Source: Styela clava
Lineage: Eukaryota
Assembly (NCBI RefSeq): GCF_964204865.1
Contig: NC_135263.1
Coordinates: 14,384,001-14,448,000 of the forward strand
DNA length: 64,000 nucleotides
Direction of reading: 5' to 3'
The position numbers and the translations under genes were made by a program. Position 1 is the first letter of the stretch; the number at the start of each line of letters is the position of its first letter. Positions 12,642 through 26,376 of the stretch are shown piece by piece. The notes under the pieces were generated by a model. That model made no database searches and was not told the DNA's origin. It was given only the letters and a program-made list of their open reading frames with translations.

Positions 12642-14554
12642 TTTGTTAGAAAGTAATTCTGCAAAAATAAAACAGGTTTTATTTTACTCTTATGATTAAC
12701 CAACTTTGAGATGGAAATAGTAGTTGAAACTGTACAATATTCATTTGTATCATGACTAGAGCAAGCACTTGAATATTTCAGTAACTCTGAACATACTTGT
12801 TGGAAATACATTAATCGAATCTATGTTGCAACAAGAAATTGTTTGTAGCTTTTATAGATGCAAAGTTTCCGATTGTCATTTGTGTTTATTGCCTTGAGCA
12901 ACGATTGCCCTACATTACTATGTAAATTTGCATGCTTGTTACGTTTCTTAGCCAAATATCGTAATTTTATTTACCTTTGTAGCGTCACAGTGACGCATTT
13001 TCTGTAAACCCAAACAAAGTGCTCTTGAACACATACTATTAGTAGACTCGAAGAATCCGTAGACTTGAATATTGCTATCGCCACGATAAATACGTCATAT
13101 TGAGTTTAAAAATAGAACAAGATTAAATCGTTGGATTAAGCTTTTCATGTAAAAATCAGGCTGTAATGGATTAACAAAGATGAAATGAGACATGAAATTT
13201 TGTAAAAGTTTCAAATAACGTCAAGGAGACTTTATTTGCTAGTATTTTTCTGTCTTTATTTAAATGTAATAAAATAAATTGTCACATTGTCATATTAATA
13301 TTTACGAATATGCAGGGCTTATGCATGTTCACATGTTTCAGTTTAATATTTCTGATAGTGGTAATTTCAGCCTATTTCCACAACTCATGTTCCTGCATTT
13401 TTTCCTAAAATTGCTTTTTTGTATTTTAATTGTATAGATATTTGGGATTTTTGAAAACTCAGAAAAATTTTAGTTTTAGATTTCAATGAAGTGGTTGAAG
13501 CTTTAATGACACTCTAATATCTCAATGTAAAGTCTCCACAATTTTTTTAAATTTTAAAGCTGCAACTTAAAAATATATATATATATATGTATGAATTTAG
13601 AAAAATATAAATATATAACCAGGAGTTTTTAATTTGAATACGTGTATATTTATTCATAATTTTCTGACTTAATTTCTGAATAAAATTTCTAAATTAAATA
13701 ATAAACAATGTAACTTTAGTATAACTAAAAAACGGTATATATTTATAAGAATTGCTATAATGATTCTAGTGCTCAAAGAAATGAATTTTTAGGTTTTGTT
13801 TTATCCCTACCGTCTAACCCTTAATCCTCATTATAATTATATTTCATATTGGTTTAAAATACATGATGTCATTTACTTACTAATGATTAACATCATGTTA
13901 ATCACGATCAAATAAAGGCAGGAAAATACTACGAAATAAAGTCTTCTTGACGTTATTTAGAACTTTTACAAACATGCATGTCCCTATTTATCTTATTTCA
14001 TCTTTGTCAATCCATTGCAACCTGATTTTCACGTGAAGAACTCAATCCAACAATTCAATCTTGTTCTATTTTTAAACTCGCTATGACGTATTAATCGCGA
14101 CAATAAAAATAGTTAAATCTACCGATTCTTTGAGTCTACTGATAGTATTTATTCAAGAGCACTTTGTTTTGGTTTACAGAAAATGCGTCACTGTGACGAT
14201 ACCAATATAAATGAAATTACGATTTGTGGCTAAGAAACGTTACAAGAGTGCAAATTTACATAGTAATATGGGGCAATTGTTGCCCGAGGCCAGAAACACA
14301 ATTGTCAATCTGAAACTTTGCATCTATAAAAGCTACAAACAATTTCTTGTTACAACATAATTCGATTATTGTATTTCGAAAAAATATGTTCAGAGCTACT
14401 GAAATATCTAAGTGCTTGTACTAGCCGTAAATGATAAATTGCACAAATGGGTATTTATACAGTATTATTCCACTTCTATTTTAAACTTAAATTTGGTTAA
14501 TCACAGCATTAAAATAAAATTTGGTTTATTTTTGCAGAATTACTCTCTAACAAA

Positions 14555-15778
14555 ATGAAATTATTACTCTTTGTCGTGGTCGTCGGGATTTGCGATATTG
14601 CAGCATCATTGACCCCTTTTCAGCTCAGATATAAAATCAGCAAAACACAATGTGCTCCTGGTAGGTTCAAGATTTTATTGCCTCATATCTGTTATATGTT
14701 TTAGACTATATAAAGATTCCAGCACATATCCTATTCCTTAATTCCCCCAAAAATTAAATTACGTTCAAAATTACAAAAAGCATTTTTATTTAATTTCATT
14801 TAATATTATCTTACAATATCACAATGTTTCTTGCTTTGCTTTTCAAGAGAAGTCTCTGTAATAATTATTGTTATTTATAACATATGATATTTCTGTATAC
14901 AGTTAAAGGATTTGAAAGAAAAACGATTCCTTGCTATGATTTCCGCAACAAGAAACTCGTCGATCCAAAAGATTGTGGAAACAAAGCGTACTCTCACTGT
15001 TGTATTTATAAATGTTCTTGCATAGTTAAAGGAGGTTTGTTTTATTTTTTTTGTGCTTATTAATTTTCGCTTTTTAAACAATGAAATAGTTTGTCTGATT
15101 TTATTGTAGCCAAAACACAAGAAAATTCCTCAGTTGGTTTATCAGGACATTTTTGAAATTTTATAGGCACAACACTTGTGATACGTTTGAGTGCGATAAT
15201 ACTCTTTACTTATTCATTTTTATTTTTTCTTAGCCGGAACCTCACAAGGTATCATTCCAGAAGAATATAAATTATCAAAAATAGTTTCATCAAAAAAGAA
15301 TGTTCAGAAACAAGCGAGACTGCTAGAAAATTGTTTATCCGACTCTTCAACAATAAGCGAGTCATATCCGAAAAAGATAACCAGCAAGATTCCAACAAAC
15401 GATATTGTCATCAAAAAATTAAAGTCATCAGTAGAACAGAAAAAGCATGAAAAAATGCAAAATAAAAAGACTGTCGTGAAAAAGCCAAAAACGAAGTCTG
15501 TCAATAAACAAGAATTAAACAAAACTCGTCAAAGACCAAGTGTTAATAAACCGCTTGTACCGAAGTCGTCTGCAAATAACAAGTTTTCAAAGAAGACCGA
15601 CAAAGGAAAATCAACAAACCAGGAACCAACTTTTTCTCACGTGAAGCCAACGAAAAAACCATGTGTTACGAAAACAACAAAACCTTCATTTTCTTTTGGA
15701 TTTTTTTCTCGACTTTCTTTTATGATGGATCAATTTGGTTTTAACTCCAACGTTGTGAAAAATGATTCCTGTGCTTGA
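14555..15778 (+). CDS. Secreted Cys-rich/Lys-rich protein, copy 5 (A type), 260 aa
   Basis: Exons 14555-14660, 14903-15034, 15234-15778 (last exon has an in-frame 3-nt insertion); GT-AG. Confidence 0.9.
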
Positions 15779-16394
15779 TTAGCATGCAGCAGAATTTAAA
15801 AAATTTTATAATATTAAATTATTACAACAACAATTACTCTCAAACTTATTTCCACGCTTCTCTGCATTTTTTTTGTCTTTTGGATAAAAATATAGTGCTT
15901 TTATACTATAACCACTTTCTATTGGATATGTCGGGGTTCATCATCAATCACTGCGGGCTAGATAAAAATCAATATTCAGAAGAGAATAGTTGACCGGTCT
16001 GAATGCATGAAATTCGATGGTCAAAAAATAAGCGGAAGTTATGTGAGCCATTCTGCGGCGACAATTTTTTTCACATAATTGTCCCTTGTGGAATTCGAAT
16101 CTCAATAAGCAATATTGATACGATTGCGAGTAAATGAATAGTCTGATGACTCTCCGGAAATCTTGAATATTGCTGAACAAATAGTGTTGCAGTTTCTGGT
16201 TTCGAAATAAAACCCACCGGTCCTTGCTATAATTTCAGTAGCAAGAAAATCGTTGATTTAAAAACAGAACAAAGAATGCGTACTTTTGTAGTTGAAAACC
16301 CGCAGTTTGCATCTGCAAAGCCTTGTGTTAAATTCGGCAAAATGGACTCTCGTAGATCAGTTTGATTACCACTCTCAAGTAATTTGAAGGTTAA

Positions 16395-16697
16395 TTACCT
16401 ATGGATTTTAATCGGTAAGTATGTTGATAGGTATTTGTCTGTCTTTAAGTCTGTCTGTCTGTTAGATGCACGCGATATCTCACGAAAACGAGATTGAATC
16501 TGCTCCAGATTTCGCATGTGCATTCGTCATATCTTGGACCAGGAGTCTATTGATTTTGGGCGAAATATGTCGTATAATTAGCGAGTTATTAATTAATTAG
16601 TGATGGGACACAAGGTCACTATGGAATAAGAGCGCTGTTTTGGGGATCCCCCAACTTTCGATCGATAAGTCTTCGGTCTCTGACCGATATTTTCGTT
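16395..16697 (+). mobile_element. HINE/DINE-1-like element (duplicated with the array unit)
   Basis: Near-identical to 1115-1417 with the same flanks. Confidence 0.65.
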
Positions 16698-17579
16698 ATA
16701 GTAGTTATTGCCTCTTGCGTTTATGCTTTTGAATAAGCATTAAACACGTGATTTTCACGTTCTTTTGGCGACAGTGATGGTTTCAAAAATCGGGAATCGT
16801 TGAGAATTGACTTCACATTGTACAATATAATTCTGATCAAACCTTTATTGAAACTACTTTCTATATCTTGATAACAAACTGTGTATTTAATTGGGACTGT
16901 TTCATAACTGAAATAAATTTTAGTTAATAAAAATTTGAACCTTTAGTCCATTGTTTAATTGTCTAATACTAACATTTAAATTAACAAATTTAGCGGGTAA
17001 ATTAGTAGTAATTCTAACAACAACTTTCTACGTATACCACCTTATTCAATACGAAAAACACATTGAAAATCACAGAGTCTAAAATACCAAGATTAGTCTA
17101 ACTACCAACAATCTATGCATTTTTTCGGGTAGCCTACAAAACATTCCCACCTTGATTTCAAATATTCATTCAGACTCAAGCTAATAATTAAATTATTGAG
17201 TCTTATTTCCTGATTTAATATTTTAACCATACACCAGACGACGTAAAACAAAATAACCAATTTTGGAATGTTCTTAAGCTCTATTCTGAATTGTATAAAC
17301 ACCATGACATCTACACAGTATTGCTATTTTGATTAAAATCTAAGACAAAATATCCAATAAAAAAAGCTGGAAATGATTAAAATCACAAAAAATAATTTCT
17401 ATTAATATTTATTATATTAATTGCCACAAGTGTTTCTTGTTCTGTTATCACGCATATGGAGAGCATTGTTGATTAATTCAAAAAACACTATTTAAAATAT
17501 CAAAATAACAATTATATTTAAAATAAAAAATAAATAAAACAACAAATAATTGCGTTGTTATAATTCTGTTTCGTGCAAA

Positions 17580-18752
17580 TCAGGCACAGGCCTCATTTTT
17601 CACAACGTTGGAGTTAAACCCAAATTGATCCATCATAAAAGAAAGTCGAGAAAAGAATCCAAAAGAAAATGAAGGTTTTGTTGTTTTCGTAACACAAGGC
17701 TTCTTTGTTGGATTTACGTGAGGAGCTGTTGGTTTCTGGTTCGTTGATATTTCTTTGCTAGGTTTCTTTGAAAACTCATTCTTTGCAGACGACTTCGGTA
17801 CAAGCGGGTTATTAACAATTGGTCTTTGACGACTTTTGTTTGATTCTTTCTTGTCAAAAGACTTCGTAGTCGTTTTTTTAGAGACTGTCCTCCTATTTTG
17901 CATTTTCTCATGCTTTTTCTGTTCCACTGATGACTTCAATTATTTGATGACGTTATTTTTTGTTGGGTTCTTGCTAGTAATTTTGTTCGTGGATGACTCA
18001 CTTGGCGAAGTGTCTGGAAAACAATTTTCGAGCAGTCGTGCTTGTTTCTGAATTTTCTTTTTCGATGAAACTATTTTTGATAATTTGTATTCTTCTGGAA
18101 TGATACCTTGTGAGGTTCCGGCTAAATATATATAAAAAATACAATATAAGTGAATGGATAAACATACGGAGCCTATTATTGCACTCAAACAATAAAAGCA
18201 GACAAACTATTTCATTGTTTAACAAGCGAAAATTAATAAACACAAAGAAAAATAAAACAAACCTCCTTTAACTATGCAAGAACATTTATAAATACAACAG
18301 TGAGAGTGCGCTTTGTTTCCACAATCTTTTGGATCGACGAGTTTCTTGTTACGGAAATCATAGCAAGGAATCGTTTTTCTTTCAAATCCTTTTACTGTAT
18401 ACAGAAATACCATATGTTATAAATAGCAAAACTATTATAAAAAAATCTTCTGATTATTTGTTGAAGCAAAGCATGAAGGACGGTGGTATTATAAGATAAT
18501 ATTATATGAAATTAAATAAAAATTCTTTTTATAATTTTATACGAATTTTTAATATTTTGAATTAATACAAGAATGAAATATGTGCTGGCATCGTAATAAA
18601 ATCTAAAATATATATCAGATATGAGGCAATAAAATTTTGAACTTACCAGGAGCACATTGTGTTTTGCTGATTTTATATCTGAGCTGAAAAGGGGTCAGTG
18701 ATGCTGCAATATCGCAAATACCGACGACCACGACAAAAAGTAATAATTTCAT
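17580..18752 (-). pseudogene. Secreted Cys-rich/Lys-rich protein, copy 6 (B type) with premature stop K140*
   Basis: Exons 18752-18647, 18394-18263, 18121-17580. The AAA codon of copies 2 and 4 is TAA here (17942-17940); splice sites intact. Confidence 0.8.
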
Positions 18753-21700
18753 TTTGTTAGAAAGTAATTCTGCAAAAATAAAACAGGTTTTATTTTACTC
18801 TTATGATTAACCAACTTTGAGATGGAAATAGTAGTTGAAACTGTACAATATTCATTTGTATCATGACTAGAGCAAGCACTTGAATATTTCAGTAACTCTG
18901 AACATACTTGTTGGAAATACATTAATCGAATCTATGTTGCAACAAGAAATTGTTTGTAGCTTTTATAGATGCAAAGTTTCAGATCGACATTTGTGTTTAT
19001 TGCCTTGAGCAACGATTGCCCTACATTACTATGTAAATTTGCATGCTTGTTACGTTTCTTAGCCAAATATCGTAATTTTATTTACCTTTGTAGCGTCACA
19101 GTGACGCATTTTCTGTAAACCCAAACAAAGTGCTCTTGAACACATACTATTAGTAGACTCGAAGAATCCGTAGACTTGAATATTGCTATCGCCACGATAA
19201 ATACGTCATATTGAGTTTAAAAATAGAACAAGATTAAATCGTTGGATTAAGCTTTTCATGTAAAAATCAGGCTGTAATGGATTAACAAAGATGAAATGAG
19301 ACATGAAATTTTGTAAAAGTTTCAAATAACGTCAAGGAGACTTTATTTGCTAGTATTTTTCTGTCTTTATTTAAATGTAATAAAATAAATTGTCATTAGT
19401 TAATGACATCATGCGATATAGCCCAACATGGAATATCATTTTAATTAGGATTAGACGTTTGACGGTCGGGATTAAACAAAACCTAAAAATTTATTTAATT
19501 GAGCACTAGTTTCTTTGCATAATCAATCATATGAATATAAACCGCTTTATAGTTATATTAGAGTTACATTGTTTATTATTCGAAAAAAATCGATTATGGA
19601 TTAGTAGATGGATTATCCTGGTTCTATTTCGTAATTTTTTCAAGTTCACCCGCAGTTTTTGTTTTAATTAAAGTTGCAGTTTAACAATTTTATAAATTTT
19701 GAAGATCTATTCTAACCGAGATATTAAAAATATATAGAAGTTTAACTTTTTTATATTTAGTGCATTTTAACCGAGTATATTTAACAAAATAATTATTGCA
19801 GATTTTGTTAGATTCTTGTAAATCAAATACCGAAAATGGTTTCCCCTAAACAAAATGTTTATCAGACTCAAAAGTGAATGTAATTAAAGCTTTACAGCAT
19901 TATTAAAATCTAAAACTAACATTATAGCAAAATATGAAACTTTCATTTGTGAGTTCCCAATAATACACAATATATTTATTTATACAATAATTAAAATATA
20001 AAAGAACAATTTTAGGGAAAAAATACAGAAAACTGAAAGATGGAAATAGTCTGAATTCACCACTATCATAAATATTAAATTAAAACATATGTATATGCAT
20101 AGGCCCAACACATTCTTTGCAAAAGATTGATGAAAATCACGAATTTTTATGACAAAGTGATCCGTAAGTACATCATGAGTTACTAAGCGATTAAACGGCA
20201 AGTTTTAGTAAATCTATAGTTTCGATAAAAAAAAGTAATTGATTTAAAATATAATTCAGTAATTGTATACACATACTAATATTTATGACGTCAAGAAGTC
20301 GCACATTTCGTGTTTGCAATTTGCTTAAAATGCGTCATCAATCTGTGGGAATAAATCTATTTAACAATAAATACGACAAATGTCATTCTATCGTCTCGGA
20401 TTAAATAAAGTCCTTCTACGTGTGAACTTTACATATATAATTATTGCACATGTGTAAATGTAATCGAATATGTGAATTTATATTATCCCGAGCCATAGGT
20501 TCTACACAGTACATTTCTGCCTATTTCTGAAATTCATTTTTCTGTATTTTTTTTTAACATTGTTCTTTTATATTTTAATTGTATAAATAAATATATTGTG
20601 TGTGTATTATTGGAAATTCACAAAAGAAAGTGTCACATTTTGTTATGATCTTAGTTTTAGATTTCACAATGCCGTGAAGCTTTAATGAGATTCACTTTTA
20701 GGTGTGATACGTGTCTTTTCTGTCAAATATACTCGATTGAAAAGTACTTCTTCTTTTTTTTCTAATATCTCGATGTAAAATCTCCAAAATTTATAAAACT
20801 TTCAAAATGCAACTTTAAAAACAGAAAAGTGTGAATGAATTTAGAAAAATTTGAACATCGAAACAGGAATTTCTGTTGACTACAGATATATCTACTAATC
20901 CATAATCTGCCAAATCGATTTTCATTGAATAATAAACAATGTGAATTTGGTATAACTATAAAGCGATATATCTTTATAAGATTAATCTTGCAAAGACTAG
21001 TGCCGAATTAAATGAATTTTTTAGGTTTTGTTTCATCCCGACCGTTAAACCTGTAAACCTCTTTAAAATTATTATTTCATATTGCACTAAAATGCATGAT
21101 GTCATTAACTTACTAATGATAAAAAAAATATGCTAATCACAATTGAATGGAGAAAGTAAAACGCATTTAAATAAAGTCCTCCCGGCGTTATTTGGATATT
21201 TTACAAAAATCTTGATCTCATTTTATCCTTTGTCTATGTGTCGTTAAACATAAAGTTCAATCTATAACACCATAAATATTCTGTCCATTATAGCCTAATT
21301 TTCTACCTAAAAATATTAATTCAATGATTTAATCTATTTTTTATACTTGGCAAGTCTGCTGATTTTTTGATTCTACAATTTTTTTCAAAATTTTGTCCAA
21401 ATCGACTAGAATTACGTCAGTATGATGTTATTGAATGCAACAGAATGACGAATTGTTGTAAACATTTTATAATATAAATTGAAAATTGCGTCACACGTCT
21501 CTAGGCAAGATTAAAAATATTGTGTCATTAAGAAAATTCAAGACAATGTAGTTATGGGAACGTTTGTACCCAAATATGAAATTAACATTCTAAAGAGTGT
21601 GATCGAGTCAAAAAATATCTGACTAATCGAACTTGCAAAAATAAAAATAGAGAACATCAGTTGCGTCATAATGACGTATTTTCAGTAATCACAAACACAC

Positions 21701-23979
21701 CACACTCATTAAAAAATAACATTAATTAATGCTCCTGAAGAAACAACACACTCGGTGGCGTCATGGTGACGTATTTTGAATAATCCCAAACAAACCACAC
21801 TCAAATAAATATCATAATTTAATGCTCTCAAAGAATCGACAGACTTGTCTATTGCTATTGCCAGAATAAAACGTCATAGCGAGATTAAAAATAGATCTGA
21901 ATAAATCCGATAGACTAAGTTTTTTACGTAGGAACTACGGGACAAGATATAAATTCAAATAACTTAAACACAGATAAAATGGGACATGAATTTTGTAAAA
22001 TTTCCAAATAACGTCAGCAAGAAGACTTTAATTGTAAGTAATCATATGTCTTTATTTAGTTGTGACTTTTGATGTTAGTTAGTTAATGACATCAACGGTT
22101 TTATCCCAGTATGAAATGTTATTGTAATGGAGTTTAGGCTGGGATAAGATTAAAACCTAAATCCCATTTGATTGATCAATGATCTCCTTTAAAGCAAATT
22201 TGAAAAACAGAGAAAGTTTTCACTGAATTTACATTATTCCTTATAATTATAATAAAAGTGAAAGAAATGTGGTTTCAATACACATATATTCAATTCAAAT
22301 ATGTCTGGTTTGGTATTCTAATTTTGTCTAAATTCATTCACAATTTTTTGTATTCAAGTGTCTGTTTTGATGTTTTACTAATTTTTGGGTGGTTCGTATC
22401 AGGGTATTCAAAATTTATAAAATACCATATTATTAGTGCATTTACAGAAAATACATTGCAAAACTTTTGAATTCAGTCCATCATTTTATCCTTCTTTGAC
22501 AATGAATTTTTTCTTGTATGCGAGAATTATTTTTGTATAAAGTTTAGATCAATTACGTAGCAAATCAGTAATCAGGCTTTTTTGTAATAAAAAAAAAATA
22601 TGGCAAATTTATTCATATACTTAAATTTAATTATTACACAATAACGCTGGAGATCCTTGTTTTTTTTTATAAACATATTATAACAGAAATCTACTGTGTA
22701 GAACGTATGGCTCAGGATAAATATAAATTCACATATTCGATTACATTTACACACGTGCAATAATTATATAGGTGTATAAGTTCACACGTATAAATACATT
22801 TTTAATCCAAGACGATAGAATGACATTTGTCGTATTTATTGTTAAACAGATTTATTGCCCACAGATTGATGACGCATTTTTGAAGCAAATTGCAAACAAA
22901 GTTCGAACACGAAAATTACGAATTTTTGACGTCATAATATTATAATTATACAAATACTGCATTATATTTTAAGTCAACTACTTTTTCAGTATTTATTTAA
23001 ACCATGTATTTACTGAAGGTTAACGTTTAATCGCTTAATAACTGCGTCATAAATTGTTTAAAAATAGAAGTAACTCATAATGTGCTGATCACATTGTCAT
23101 ATTAATTTTTACGAATATGCAGGGCTTATGCATGTTCACATGTTTCAGTTTATAATTTATGATAGTGGTAATTTCATTTATAATAATGATTCTAGTGCTC
23201 AAAGAAATGAATTTTTAGGTTTTGTTTTATCCCTACCGTCTAACCCTTAATCCTCATTATAATTATATTTCATATTGGTTTAAAATACTTGATGTCATTT
23301 ACTTACTAATGATTAACATCATGTTAATCACGATCAAATAAAGGCAGAAAAATACTACGAAATAAAGTCTTCTTGGCGTTATTTAGAACTTTTACAAAAA
23401 TGCATGTCTCATTTTATCTTGTTTCATCTTTGTCAATCCATCGCAACCTGATTTTCACGTAAAGAGCTCAATCCAACAATTCAATCTTGTTCTATTTTTA
23501 AACTTGCTATGACGTATTAATCGCGACAATAAAAATAGTTAAATCTAACGATTCTTTGAGTCTACGGATAGTATTAATTCAAGAGCACTTTGTTGGGGTT
23601 TACAGAAAATGCGTCACTATGACGATACCAAGGTAAATGAAATTACGATTTGTGGCTAAGAAACGTTACAAGAGTGCAAATTTACATAGTAATATGGGGC
23701 AATTGTTGCCCGAGGCCAGAAACACAAATGTCAATCAGAAACTTTGCATCTATAAAAGCTACAAACAATTTCTTGTTACAACATAATTCGAATATTGTAT
23801 CTCGAACAAATATGTTCAGAGCTACCGAAATATCTAAGTGCTTGTACTAGCCGTAAATGATAAATTGCACAAATGGGTATTTATACAGTATTATTCCAAT
23901 TCTATTTCAACCTTAAATTTAGTTGATCACACCATTAAAATAAAATCTGTTTATTTTTGCAGAATTACTTTCTAACAAA

Positions 23980-25155
23980 ATGAAATTATTACTCTTTGTC
24001 GTGGTCGTCGGGATTTGCGATATTGCAGCATCATTGACCCCTTTTCAGCTCAGATATAAAATCAGCAAAACACAATGTGCTCCTGGTAGGTTCAAAATTT
24101 TATTGCCTCCTATCTGATATATGTTTTAGACTATATAAAGATTTCAGCACATATCCTATTCCTTAATTCCCTAAAAAAAAATTGCGTTCAACAATGTTTT
24201 TTGCTTTGCTTTAACGAATAATCAAGAGAATTCTCTGTAATAGGTATCGTTATTTATAACATATGTTATTTCTGTATACAGTTAAAGGATTTGAAAGAAA
24301 AACGATTCCTTGCTATGATTTCCGCAACAAGAAACTCGTCGATCCAAAAGATTGTGAAAACAAAGCGTACTCTCACTGTTGTATTTATAAATGTTCTTGC
24401 ATAGTTAAAGGAGGTTTGTTTTATTTTTTTTGTTCATTAATGTTTGCTTTTTAAACAATGAAATGCCTGATTTTATTGTAACCAAAACACAAGAAAATTC
24501 CTCAGTTGGTTTATCAGGATATTTTTGAAATTTTATAGGCACAACACTTGTGATACGTTTTAGTGCGATAATACTCTTTGTATCTTTTACCTATTCACTT
24601 ATATTTGTTTTAGCCGGAACTTCACAAGGTATCATTCCAGAAAATTATAAATTATCGAAAATAGTTTCATCAAAAAAGAATGTTCAGAAACAAGCAAGAC
24701 TGCTAGAAAATTGTTTATCAGACGCTTCAACAAGCGAGTCATATCCGAAAAAGAAAACCAGCAAGAATCCAACAGAAAATATTGTCATCAAAAAAATAAA
24801 GTCATCAGTAGAACAGAAAAAGCATGAGAAAATGCAAAATCAAAAGACTGTCGTGAAAAAGCCGAAAACGAAGTCTGTTAATAAAAAAGAATTAATCAAA
24901 AATCGTCAACGACCAAGTGTTAATAAACCGCTTGTACCGAAGTCGTCTGCAAAGAATGAGTTTTCAAAGAATCCCGACAAAGGGAAATTAACGAATCAGA
25001 AACCAACTGCTTCACACGTGAAGCCAACGAAAAAGCCATGTGTTACAAAAACAACAAAACCTTCATTTTCTTTTGGATTCTTTTCTCGTCTTTCTTTTAT
25101 GATGGATCAATTTGGTTTTAACTCCAACGTTGTGAAAAATGATTCCTGTGCTTGA
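23980..25155 (+). CDS. Secreted Cys-rich/Lys-rich protein, copy 7 (A/B mosaic), 259 aa
   Basis: Exons 23980-24085, 24282-24413, 24614-25155; GT-AG; open frame. The 3' flank differs from copies 1, 3 and 5. Confidence 0.9.
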
Positions 25156-26376
25156 TTAGCACGCAGCTGAATTTTTAGGAAAAAAATGGAAATATTGGTT
25201 TATTACGGTTGGCCATCGTCTTTCACAATTACTTTTATTCGTTCTATTTCTTTTATGAATTATTGTTGTTTCGATATTTTTAATAGTGTTTTCTAAATTG
25301 ATCGAATTTGCTCTCAATAGAACGTGATTGCGAACACGATCTGACCTGTGGCAATTCATATATTTTATAATAAATATCAACGCAAATTATTTTTATGCTA
25401 TTTATTCATCCCTGATGTTTGTTTTGTGGACTTCCATCATTGAGTTAAGGCAAAAAAGCAATGATTAAAATAGGTTACTAAAAAGGAAAGTTCTAAAAAG
25501 TATGAAACATATTTAATAAGATTTGTATCAAATTGATATATTTTATTCACACATACAAGCTTATTTCTTTAACATAAACGCAAGTATACACGTTGTATAT
25601 AGTTCGGTTATTTCCGCTCAAATTTATATCTTGCCAAGTAAGGGGCACAGTTGGATATCACATATACAAGCATCTTAATGTATAGCTTATGTATGGCTGC
25701 GGTGTATTTGGATGATACAATTATAAATAGGCTGGCACTTACAACGTAACACGGATCTCGTTGTATAACGGGATGATTAAGCACAACCAAGATATATGCT
25801 CCCCGTTTCCTGAGCAATATTAATCATTCGATCGTGAGATATCGTAAAAAAACAAGTGAGGTTTTCGAAACAGGTATCTAAATGCGAACTAACTGAAGAA
25901 ATTTGGTGATTTGGATGATTCCAAACGATCATTTGGATCCAAAATCACCGGCTGAATATATTTTATATTGAATTATTATTGTCGATAAATGTGACTGCGG
26001 AACAGTAGGCTATTAATAAAATATATTTAAAACATAGCACGGAATGTTGTTAATTTGAACAGAAAACGCATGGAGATTTGAGCGAATAATCAGTAACTGA
26101 ATAATTATTAGATATCACTTTAGATCAGTTACATGAAACTGCATATCTAAGTCTGCATATACTGTGTATTCGGTCGGCTAAAAAACTCCATCATTTTATT
26201 GCAATAAAATAAAATGCTAATCTTTTAATTAGGTTTTATTAAATATAACAAATTGCTGGCTTATAGTAAATTTCTGTCAAAGTTTAAGATGTAGGCTTAA
26301 CCATCAAATATTTTATTTTACCATAGTGTTCATCTCCATATATTATTGTATGATCGAAATTGCATTGGAATAGAGG

